Assembly (NCBI GenBank): GCA_900769175.1
Contig: CAAGFP010000108.1
Location: 1,107 to 65,106 of the forward strand
Length of the DNA stretch: 64,000 nucleotides
DNA from: Lachnospiraceae bacterium
Lineage (GTDB): Bacteria > Bacillota > Clostridia > Lachnospirales > Lachnospiraceae
Direction of reading: 5' to 3'
A program made the position numbers and the translations under genes. Positions within the stretch are counted from its first letter, which is position 1. Every line of letters starts with the position of its first letter. The notes beneath the pieces were generated by a model, which was not told the origin of the DNA, ran no database searches, and saw only the letters and a list, made by a program, of their open reading frames with translations. Shown piece after piece: positions 26,199-34,481 of the stretch.

Positions 26199-29100
26199 TT
26201 ACTGTACATAACGGAAATCATCCACATTTTCTTCCAGGACCTTTTCTTTGTGCCCGTTGTAGCGGACCAATGCAGTCCCGCTATCTGTCTTCTTTAAAGT
26301 ATAAATCTTCTTTCGGGTTACTGCCGAGTAGTTTGTATCCATGCTGTAGTTTCCCGAAGAAATAACTTTCTTTCCGTCGGCAATTCCCATTTTATAATTT
26401 CCGAAGGAATCGCATTCATCATACAAAAATACAACATTTTCTCCGTCCAAAGTTTTTGACAAAGACCCGGGATATACATTTCTTGCAACCAAAGTGCCGT
26501 CACAATATAAATCTTTTCTTCCGTTCTCTCCGGTTTTTAAAATGTATATGCGGTTACCGTCAATCAATTCCAAAGAAGCGGCATTGTTTTCTTCTACCTT
26601 GAAAGAAACCTTTCCGGTCACATTTGAAATCACACCCTTTTGCAGGGATAAGAGACTGGTCATGCCTTCCTTTTGCCCAATCATATATAACTTACCGGAA
26701 TCCGCAAACAGAGTGGTACTCTGAATCTCCCACTCATTGTTCTTGATTTCCGATTTGTCTTTGCCTTGAATAAAATAAAGCTTATGCGCTTTATCTTCTG
26801 CCAGAAAACCTTCTTCTGCGTGTTTTGATGTAATCAGGCGCTCAACATCAGTCAAAAGTGCCATTGGCCGGGTCATTCCGGGCTCATAAACATAAAGTAC
26901 CCGATATGCACTCAGGTAATACAGATATGCTTTTTCATTCATATCAGAAAGCAGGAAGTCTTCAACCTCATCCGCTACCGGCACCGGCTCGTCCCATCCC
27001 TTGATAAAATAAAGACTTCCGTTTTTGTAGTAATAGATTTTATCCAGATTATCTGAGTATGCGCAGACCTGTGAAACCTCAGTGTCAAGTGTTCTTAATG
27101 AGGACGGATTCTTTAATTCCACATAGGACAATTTACCGTCGGTGTTTCGGAATAAAACGGCTGTTTTCTTTTTATTCAATGTAAAAGTTCCGGCATCCGC
27201 ACATATCATCTGTACGCTGCCATCTTTCGTCTGATAAAGATATAAACCGTTTCCGGCTGCATATAAAATGTTGCCTTTGGATACAATTTCATAATCCGTC
27301 ACGGATTGTTCAATCAAGACAGACTTAGAAGAGTTTTTCTTTGTATAATATAAATCATATTGCCGTCCGATGACATTTTTCGGGAAATAGATATATTTGC
27401 CGTCAAAGGATGAGCTTCTTTTTCCGATATCGGAAAGTCCCGTTGTATCCATGTCCGAAAACACAAAAGAGGAGGGGTCATCAGAATATTCAACATCCTG
27501 AAACAGTCTTGTGCCAAGCATTGTTTGGTTCTGCTGATACAACAAAACGCCCTGAACCTTATTATTGTATGCATTCACACGAATGACCCCGATCGCAATT
27601 CCGATTAACAGACAGATTAATAGAATTACGCCTGCAATGATTAAGTTTTTCTTAGTCTGTGCTGACAGAGTAAAATGTTTCTTCCCCGATGCGTTCTTCT
27701 TATTCATTCCGCTGGCTGCACTTTTATATCCGTTATCTTTCGCATCAAGCGGTCTGAAATCCTGTATCGGAGTTTCCTCGTCAAATCCTTCCTTCCCGCC
27801 AAACAGCTTTGCAACCGAAGGCTTCAGCTTTCCTTCCGTTTGCGGTCCTGTAAGCACATCAACGATTTCCGAAAAGCCCATGCCGTGAGATGCTTTTACC
27901 AAAACGGTATCATCTTTTTTAATAAGATCCGTATATTTTTCAAAAAATTCTTCTTTGTTTTTGAAATAAAATACATCCGTTCCGGGATGCAAAAGAACGC
28001 AAGCATTCGCCGCCTCTGCCATATTCCGGCTCAGCTGCCCGATACAGATTAAGGTATCAATTCCGATTTCCATTGCATAGGTTCCGATTTCGCGATGAAA
28101 ATCGACTTCGTTTTCCCCTAATTCAAACATATCGCCCAGAATCGCAACCTTTGGTGTAACTGCCTGACAAAGTAAATCCAATGCCGATTTCATGCTGACC
28201 GGGTTTGCATTATAACAGTCGTCTATGACCACTATGCCATTTTTCGAAATCAGATTGCTTCTTCCCTCAACCGGTTTTACCTTCTCGATTCCTGCTTTTA
28301 TCTGTTCGACGGAAAGGCCCAGAAGATTTCCGACAGCGGTTGCTGCAAGTGCATTGTATATCATATGTTCACCCGGAAGCGAAACGGAAACATCGAATTC
28401 TTTCAATCCGGTTGTGATGGTACATTCGCTTCCCCAGATTCCGCGATTGATATATTTTTTGATATGAATTTGGTTCGTATCCTTCATTCCGTAAAATACG
28501 GGGGGATTTCCGTGTACATCCGAAACGGTAGACAGCAAATCGTCATCTCCGAATAAAACAGCGGCACCGTTTGGATTCATTGCCTCAAAAATTTCTGTTT
28601 TTGCCGCTAACACACCCTGCCTGTCAATTAATTTCTCCAAATGGCAGGTTCCGATATTCGTAATGACACAATAATCGGGCTTTGCAATCCGGGTCAGCCT
28701 GCTCATTTCCTTGAAATCGCTGATTCCCATTTCCAAAACGGCGATTCTATGTTCTTCTCTTATTTTCAGAATCGTCAGCGGAAGCCCGACCTCATTGTTA
28801 TAATTTTTCTCTGTCTTTAAAACACAGTATTTTTCACTCAGAACAGATGCAATAAATTCTTTCGTACTTGTTTTCCCGACACTTCCGGTAATTCCGACTA
28901 CGATTACATCCAGTCCGCTCCGATAAAATGTTGCAACATCCTTTAATGCCTGAAAGGAATCTTTTACGATTATACAGGGTCCGGTGACGCCTTCCACCTC
29001 ATGCTCACAGATACATAAGGCAGCACCTTTTTCAAATGCTCCCTTGATAAAATCATGTCCGTCCACTCTCTCGCCTTTTGTCGCAAAAAAGAGATAGTCT

Positions 29101-29219
29101 TCTTCTACCAGTCTTGAATCAATGACTGCTCCTTTTATTTCTACATCCCGTAGATTTTCTTCATTCACTAAGGTTCCGCCGCATGCTTTCGCAATGGCGG
29201 AAGCAAGCATATTACGCAT
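26199..29219 (-). CDS. murF: MurF (UDP-MurNAc-tripeptide--D-Ala-D-Ala ligase) fused in frame to a transmembrane segment and a ~450-aa extracytoplasmic repeat (beta-propeller-like) domain
   Basis: The N-terminal ~460 aa are a complete MurF ('GITGSVGKTSTKEFIASVL' P-loop, C-terminus 'VLVKASHGMGFSEIVDVL'). A ~70-aa linker follows, then the TM helix 'LIIAGVILLICLLIGIAIGVI', then a Y/G-rich repeat domain ('LYLYQTKDGS', 'KIYYYKNGSLYF', 'YLYYLSAYRVLYVY'). The ORF is uninterrupted. It overlaps ddl by 8 nt. Confidence 0.75.
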   Translation of the reverse strand: MRNMLASAIAKACGGTLVNEENLRDVEIKGAVIDSRLVEEDYLFFATKGERVDGHDFIKGAFEKGAALCICEHEVEGVTGPCIIVKDSFQALKDVATFYRSGLDVIVVGITGSVGKTSTKEFIASVLSEKYCVLKTEKNYNNEVGLPLTILKIREEHRIAVLEMGISDFKEMSRLTRIAKPDYCVITNIGTCHLEKLIDRQGVLAAKTEIFEAMNPNGAAVLFGDDDLLSTVSDVHGNPPVFYGMKDTNQIHIKKYINRGIWGSECTITTGLKEFDVSVSLPGEHMIYNALAATAVGNLLGLSVEQIKAGIEKVKPVEGRSNLISKNGIVVIDDCYNANPVSMKSALDLLCQAVTPKVAILGDMFELGENEVDFHREIGTYAMEIGIDTLICIGQLSRNMAEAANACVLLHPGTDVFYFKNKEEFFEKYTDLIKKDDTVLVKASHGMGFSEIVDVLTGPQTEGKLKPSVAKLFGGKEGFDEETPIQDFRPLDAKDNGYKSAASGMNKKNASGKKHFTLSAQTKKNLIIAGVILLICLLIGIAIGVIRVNAYNNKVQGVLLYQQNQTMLGTRLFQDVEYSDDPSSFVFSDMDTTGLSDIGKRSSSFDGKYIYFPKNVIGRQYDLYYTKKNSSKSVLIEQSVTDYEIVSKGNILYAAGNGLYLYQTKDGSVQMICADAGTFTLNKKKTAVLFRNTDGKLSYVELKNPSSLRTLDTEVSQVCAYSDNLDKIYYYKNGSLYFIKGWDEPVPVADEVEDFLLSDMNEKAYLYYLSAYRVLYVYEPGMTRPMALLTDVERLITSKHAEEGFLAEDKAHKLYFIQGKDKSEIKNNEWEIQSTTLFADSGKLYMIGQKEGMTSLLSLQKGVISNVTGKVSFKVEENNAASLELIDGNRIYILKTGENGRKDLYCDGTLVARNVYPGSLSKTLDGENVVFLYDECDSFGNYKMGIADGKKVISSGNYSMDTNYSAVTRKKIYTLKKTDSGTALVRYNGHKEKVLEENVDDFRYVQ

Positions 29220-30270
29220 TCTTTTCTCCCCTGCGATATTTTTTCATCGATATCTCAATAATGTGTTCACACAAAGCCGGATAATCCATTCCTTCACAGG
29301 CAGCCTCCTGCGGAAGAAGGGAAGTCGGTGTCATGCCCGGAAGCGTATTCGCTTCGAGGCAGTAAATATTCTCTTCCTCATCCATTAAAAAATCAATTCT
29401 TGCATATGTCTTTAATCGCAATGCACGAAAAGCATGTTCTGTCTCGCGCTGAATCGCTTCTCTGATTGCATCCGGAATCTTAGCCGGGCAGGTTTCGATT
29501 GTACTTCCTGCCTGATATTTATTTTTATAATCATAAAATCCGCTTTTCGGTTCAATTTCCACAACAGGAAGTGCTCTTCCCTCTATTACTCCGCAGGTAA
29601 ACTCTCTTCCTTTAATGAACTGCTCAAGGAGTACTTTGTCTCCGTATTGGAACGAATCCTCCATGGCATGCTCTAATTGGCTCTTTTCTTCTACAATACT
29701 TACACCCACGCTGGAACCGCCGTTGCAAACCTTGGCAACTAAAGGGAATCCGATTGTTTCTGCTTTCGTGACATACTCTTCTCCACGGTAAACCGTTTCG
29801 GACTTCGGTGTCGGCAACTGATTCATAATAAGAAATTCCTTGGTAATTGCCTTATCCATACAGATTGCACTACTTAAATAATCCGTCCCCGTATAGCGGA
29901 TTCCCATCAGATCAAATGCCGCCTGGATTCTTCCGTCTTCTCCGTTTGCTCCGTGCAAAGCCATGAATACCATATCTGCTTTTTTACAGATTTCGATTAC
30001 ATTTTCACCAAAGAAATCGGTATCTGCGCCTTTTAATTCCTGAATGGATTTTAAGTCCGGGTTTTTCTCTTTGACAGACATAATCCCTTCTGCCCAGTCT
30101 CTGTTATCGGCAAACACATTGTCTGTATCGACATCTTTCACGCCAAGATAAACATCTAAAAGTACAACTTCGTGTCCTCTTTGTTTCAGGGCACGATATA
30201 CTCCGGTTCCCGAAACCAGTGATACATCACGTTCCGTACTGTTTCCGCCTGCGATTACTACTATTTTCAC
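29212..30270 (-). CDS. ddl: D-alanine--D-alanine ligase
   Basis: 352 aa. 'KIVVIAGGNSTERDVSLVSG' N-terminus and an ATP-grasp fold. Canonical ddl-murF order. Confidence 0.9.
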   Translation of the reverse strand: MKIVVIAGGNSTERDVSLVSGTGVYRALKQRGHEVVLLDVYLGVKDVDTDNVFADNRDWAEGIMSVKEKNPDLKSIQELKGADTDFFGENVIEICKKADMVFMALHGANGEDGRIQAAFDLMGIRYTGTDYLSSAICMDKAITKEFLIMNQLPTPKSETVYRGEEYVTKAETIGFPLVAKVCNGGSSVGVSIVEEKSQLEHAMEDSFQYGDKVLLEQFIKGREFTCGVIEGRALPVVEIEPKSGFYDYKNKYQAGSTIETCPAKIPDAIREAIQRETEHAFRALRLKTYARIDFLMDEEENIYCLEANTLPGMTPTSLLPQEAACEGMDYPALCEHIIEISMKKYRRGEKNA

Positions 30271-30377
30271 AAATTCATCCTCTTTCTAATAAAATATTCA
30301 AAAATGCATTGATAAATGCAAACTAATTTTATCAAAACAATGCGTGATTATCAAGAATCCTCTAATTAATTAAACCA

Positions 30378-30463
30378 AAAATAGCCATTAGGCTCTGAAG
30401 TCACCTCCAATCGTTAGATTTTGTTCTGACAATCGAGGTGTTACAAGCCTGATGGCTATTTTC
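30378..30463 (-). terminator. long-stem terminator downstream of the pilin-like gene
   Basis: A 16-17 bp outer stem ('aaaatagccattaggc' / 'gcctgatggctatttt') followed by a T-run on the minus strand. Confidence 0.4.
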
Positions 30464-30487
30464 TTTAATGGGGATTTCTATCCCCTT

Positions 30488-31084
30488 TTATATCCCCAGA
30501 TACTTTTTCAAAGTATTCCAGTTACTCGTCATGTTATTGCTTGGGCCTTTCAGGAAATAAAATTGCATTTTCACATTCTCTCCTTTCGACTCAAACGTGT
30601 TGGCTCCGTTTCCTTTCCAGGGATATTCCGTTGTCCACTTCGTCCCGTCGAAAAAGACAGGTGGTACATCCGGAGCTGCCCAGTATGCAATAAAATATAC
30701 CGTATATGGTTTGTGCGGCTGTGTATCTTTATATGTGGCATAATCACCCATTCCGACAATTACCATATATGGATCCACATCCGCGGTTTCAAGAATTCTT
30801 TTCGCACGCTCAGTTTTCATCCAGTTTACATCACCATGCGGATTCGATGTACCTTCCTTTCCCGTCAAGCCGGCCGCTTCACCCAAAGCATACATCTGGG
30901 CCGTTTCAGACTGTGTTGCAGTCAGCACATTCTTTCCGTCCAGAATATATTGATTCGTCTTTGCACGGTCGATATACCCTAAAAGCTGAGGAATTAGAAT
31001 CGCAGCAAGGATTGCCAGTATTACAATTACAACAATCAATTCAACAAGAGTAAATCCCTTATTTGTCTCTTTTGTCCTTTGCAC
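30488..31084 (-). CDS. prepilin-type N-terminal cleavage/methylation domain protein (type IV pilin/pseudopilin-like)
   Basis: 'KG|FTLVELIVVIVILAILAAI' is a class III signal with Gly-1/Glu+5. The start is set at an in-frame GTG, giving the leader 'MQRTKETNKG' preceded by AAAGGA. The six-frame ORF begins 9 codons earlier at another GTG. Confidence 0.55.
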   Translation of the reverse strand: MQRTKETNKGFTLVELIVVIVILAILAAILIPQLLGYIDRAKTNQYILDGKNVLTATQSETAQMYALGEAAGLTGKEGTSNPHGDVNWMKTERAKRILETADVDPYMVIVGMGDYATYKDTQPHKPYTVYFIAYWAAPDVPPVFFDGTKWTTEYPWKGNGANTFESKGENVKMQFYFLKGPSNNMTSNWNTLKKYLGI

Positions 31085-31135
31085 AAGCCCACATCCTTTC
31101 TTCTGGTACACGGGAGAGAACCCTGGCGGGAAATA

Positions 31136-31903
31136 TTATGAATTCTTAACAGAATCCGTCTTTTCAGATTCCCCATATCTGCCGTATTCACCATATTTAC
31201 CATATTTACCGTATTTACCGTACTTGCCATATTTGCCGCCGTAACGGTTATAATATCCGCCCGTACCGGCTTCTACTTTGTTCAAAACGCAGCCTAAAAT
31301 GCGACATCCGGTTAAATCCAGCTGTTTTTTTACATCCTGTAAATAACGATAACTGATTGCTCCGCTTTCTATCACAAGGATACTTCCGTCACATTTCGGT
31401 GCAATCACAGCCGCATCAATGACCCACCCCAGTGGCGGGCAGTCAATTAAGACCATATCATAGGACTGCTTTAACTGCTCTAATAATTTCTCAAAATAAT
31501 GATTTCCTAAAAGCGCAGTCGGATTCGGAACTACAGGTCCTGCAAGGATCATATCCACATTTTCCAGATTGGTCTCGGAAATAATCTGTTCTACTTTTTT
31601 CTGTCCGGAAAGATAATGGGACAAACCGAATATTTCTTCATTCGCTTTAATTCCGTAACGACCCGTAAACACCGACTTTCTTAAATCAGCATCCACTAAA
31701 ATTACTTTTTTGCCATCCATGCCGAGACTTCTTGCCAATTCAATCGTAATCGTACTCTTTCCTTCATTCGGCGTACAGCTTGTAAACATGACTGTCTTTA
31801 CATCATCTCCACAGAATGAAAGGTTGGTACGAAGGGAATTAAAGGCTTCTCTGGTTGCGTAATCCTGTTCTTCTATTTTTTGAAATTCAAGTTTTCTGCT
31901 CAT
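31136..31903 (-). CDS. capsular/exopolysaccharide BY-type tyrosine-protein kinase (CpsD/CapB family)
   Basis: Walker A 'TPNEGKSTITIELARSL', 'VILVDADLRKS', and a C-terminal tyrosine cluster 'YGGKYGKYGKYGKYGKYGEYGRYGE'. Confidence 0.85.
   Translation of the reverse strand: MSRKLEFQKIEEQDYATREAFNSLRTNLSFCGDDVKTVMFTSCTPNEGKSTITIELARSLGMDGKKVILVDADLRKSVFTGRYGIKANEEIFGLSHYLSGQKKVEQIISETNLENVDMILAGPVVPNPTALLGNHYFEKLLEQLKQSYDMVLIDCPPLGWVIDAAVIAPKCDGSILVIESGAISYRYLQDVKKQLDLTGCRILGCVLNKVEAGTGGYYNRYGGKYGKYGKYGKYGKYGEYGRYGESEKTDSVKNS
31183..31236. repeat. in-frame 9-bp tandem repeat (about 6 units, 'accatattt' / 'accgtattt') encoding the (KYG)n tyrosine cluster of the BY-kinase
   Basis: DNA 'accatatttaccatatttaccgtatttaccgtacttgccatatttgcc'. 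Units are multiples of 3 nt. Confidence 0.7.
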
Positions 31904-31905
31904 TG

Positions 31906-32661
31906 TCAGTTCCCTCCTTTTCTGTTACTTTGTCCGGAGGAACGTTTCACAAGTTTCTTTTTCTTCTTTTCTCCTTCACGAAGAGGAACACTGGTAAGGG
32001 TATTTAATCCGAGATATTTTTCAACATCCTCTGAAGTTTTTACGGAATCATCCAAAAGATGTATCACAATAATAATTGCACAGGAAATAAAGATTCCGAT
32101 TGCCATCCCGATTGCAATATTTTTCTTTTTATTCGGACTCACGGGTTTAACCGGAACATTTCCATATTCCACAACACTCGGTGCTTTCTGGTCCATAATC
32201 ACCGAGATTTTTTCCTGCGCTACAGATGTAAGCTCATCTACTAAAACTTTCGCCTTCTGCGGATCATTGTCTTTTACTGTCAAAACCAGAATTCGGGTAT
32301 TAGTCGGATTGGTTACTTCAATCTGCGTCAACATCTGCGCATATGTACATTCAAGCTCCAGATTCTTAATTACTTCTTCCACTACCGTACGGCTTGTAAT
32401 CAATTCCTTATAATCCTGTGTCAAAGAAGTACCTACCTGAATATCCGCAAGCGATGTAATGGAGGTACTCTTTGTAAGGATATATAATCTTGATGAGGAT
32501 TCATATACAGGCTTCGCCCAGATAAAACTGTACAAACCTGCCAATACTCCTACAATTATCATGCTTGCCAAAATGATTAGAATTTTAGATTTTAAGACAA
32601 ATAAAATCTCCAACAAATCGATTTCTTTATCTTTATCTTTTTCGTTTTCCACTGATGCCAT
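31906..32661 (-). CDS. polysaccharide chain-length determinant / tyrosine kinase modulator (CpsC/Wzz family)
   Basis: Two TM helices flank a periplasmic Wzz-like region. The gene lies immediately upstream of the BY-kinase with a 2-nt gap. Confidence 0.8.
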   Translation of the reverse strand: MASVENEKDKDKEIDLLEILFVLKSKILIILASMIIVGVLAGLYSFIWAKPVYESSSRLYILTKSTSITSLADIQVGTSLTQDYKELITSRTVVEEVIKNLELECTYAQMLTQIEVTNPTNTRILVLTVKDNDPQKAKVLVDELTSVAQEKISVIMDQKAPSVVEYGNVPVKPVSPNKKKNIAIGMAIGIFISCAIIIVIHLLDDSVKTSEDVEKYLGLNTLTSVPLREGEKKKKKLVKRSSGQSNRKGGN

Positions 32662-32760
32662 TTTTTGCTCCTCGTTCTTTAAAAGTCCCGATACTTTTTA
32701 TTTCTTTAGATTCGCAGAATCCGTTCTCATCTATGGTTTTAAACAGAATATCCCTTTTCA

Positions 32761-33480
32761 TTACATCCATTCATTCTTAACCAGTTTCTGAACATTTCGG
32801 TTCATAATCCTGTCAAGATTCTGACCATAATTCTTATAAAGCCCTTTTAAAGCCGTCTCCATCAAAGGCGGTCTGTGATTTAAATTATGGCAGTCACTTC
32901 CTAAGAAATGGATCAAATCATTCTTCAATAAATATTTACAGAATTTCGCAACCGGATGAAGCAATCCGCCTCTTAAACTGTCTGCGTTTACCTGAATCGC
33001 TGCTCCGGCGTCAATCAGTTCTTCCACCCGTTCTGCCTGTTTAAACAGCGCATCATATCTTTCAATGTGGGCCAGAATCGGCTTATATCCTGCTTCGGTA
33101 AACTGTTTCACTGCTTTTTGCAGGATTTTATAATCCGAATGGATATCAAATTCCAAAAGAACATAATCCGTATCCGCCATAGTGAAAGCTTCCCCTGCTT
33201 TCAAATCTGAAAGCGCATTTTCCCGATAATAAATTTCATTTCCAAGATAAAGTTCTAAATCCGGCAGTTCTTTTAAAGCCTGTGCCCTTAATTCTTCAAA
33301 TGCTGTTAACCGATGTTCCTTTGAGGCATTTCTCCTGCCCGGAATATAATGAGGCGTCAGATAGATTCGGCGAATGTCCTCTTCAAATGCTTTATGAAGC
33401 ATAAGCATGGACTGTTCCAAAGATATCGATCCATCATCCACTCCGGGAAGAATATGGGTGTGTATATCCGTATAACCCAT
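32761..33480 (-). CDS. PHP-family protein-tyrosine phosphatase (CpsB/YwqE)
   Basis: 'DIHTHILPGVDDGSISLEQS' is the canonical CpsB metal-binding N-terminus. 239 aa. Confidence 0.85.
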   Translation of the reverse strand: MGYTDIHTHILPGVDDGSISLEQSMLMLHKAFEEDIRRIYLTPHYIPGRRNASKEHRLTAFEELRAQALKELPDLELYLGNEIYYRENALSDLKAGEAFTMADTDYVLLEFDIHSDYKILQKAVKQFTEAGYKPILAHIERYDALFKQAERVEELIDAGAAIQVNADSLRGGLLHPVAKFCKYLLKNDLIHFLGSDCHNLNHRPPLMETALKGLYKNYGQNLDRIMNRNVQKLVKNEWM

Positions 33481-33608
33481 TGTTTCACTCCATTTAATAC
33501 AATTATATCAGATATCCCGAAATAATACATCTTTCAATTATATTCATTCCGTTATAATAACTCCGTTTTATTCATCCGGTTTGAATACTTCGATTTTTTA
33601 ATCCGGTT

Positions 33609-34343
33609 TTATTTACGTCTTTTCAGTCTGTTTATAACAATAATCACAGCAGAGACCGCTAAAACGACTCCGACAATCCAGAACGCAGCAACCTTGAAAT
33701 CAAAGCCCTTATTGTAACTAAAGTCTTTGTCCATGTTCTGCTTATCCTCTTCATCTGCTTTATCTTCTGCCAAAGCATTCTCAAGTAATTCCAGTGATTC
33801 GCTGGAAGGACCGTATTCGGAGGAGAATAACTCCACCTCTTCCCCGGTCTCAGGATTGATTGCCTGGACATCTTCCGGATTCGTTTCACTAAACTCCTCG
33901 GATTCGCTCTCATCCGAAGGCTCTTCTGTGTTTTTTTCTGTGTTAATTTCACTCGTCTCTTCGGTCGGAATTTCTTCACTGACGGGTTCCTCCGGTCCGG
34001 GTGTCACCGGAATCGGATCCTCTCCCGGAGTTGAAACCGGAATTAAATATCCTTTTGAAATTCCTTCTTCGATACGATAATAAATCTGATTGATTGCGCT
34101 GTCTACATCTTCTTTGGTAAGATCTACATCATCCTGCATCAGATAGTTTCTTGCGCGTTGTTTTGCATTTTCCGTCACGATATATTTCTTATCGTTATAT
34201 AAATATTCCATATTTGCAGCATCTAACAGACGCTGCTCCTCTGAATTGATATTTCCGGCAAAAACGGTAATTGCAGGAAGCATCCAGCATAATACCAGTG
34301 CCGGTATAAATAGACGTGTAACAAATTTCTTCATACTTCTCAC
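33609..34343 (-). CDS. hypothetical secreted protein with acidic P/E-rich region and C-terminal TM anchor
   Basis: Signal peptide, an acidic low-complexity middle region ('EPVSEEIPTEETSEINTEKNTEEPSDESESEEFSE'), and a C-terminal hydrophobic helix followed by 'RLKRRK'. Confidence 0.35.
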   Translation of the reverse strand: MRSMKKFVTRLFIPALVLCWMLPAITVFAGNINSEEQRLLDAANMEYLYNDKKYIVTENAKQRARNYLMQDDVDLTKEDVDSAINQIYYRIEEGISKGYLIPVSTPGEDPIPVTPGPEEPVSEEIPTEETSEINTEKNTEEPSDESESEEFSETNPEDVQAINPETGEEVELFSSEYGPSSESLELLENALAEDKADEEDKQNMDKDFSYNKGFDFKVAAFWIVGVVLAVSAVIIVINRLKRRK

Positions 34344-34481
34344 TCTGTTTCATTTCAGGGTTGCGCCCCAAACTTTTACATTCATCGTTGTTTCATTTTT
34401 TAAAACAACACGGATTGAGCCGTCTAAATACATAGAGACTCAATCCGCATTATTTATAATCAGTGAACCTGTTTCACAGAA

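Noticed and set aside
30378-30463. Possible riboswitch or sRNA in the ddl leader (long nested stem)
   Set aside because: The structure is a single long imperfect hairpin followed by a U-run on the minus strand, immediately after the pilin-like gene stop. This is most simply a terminator. No conserved aptamer motifs were recognised.
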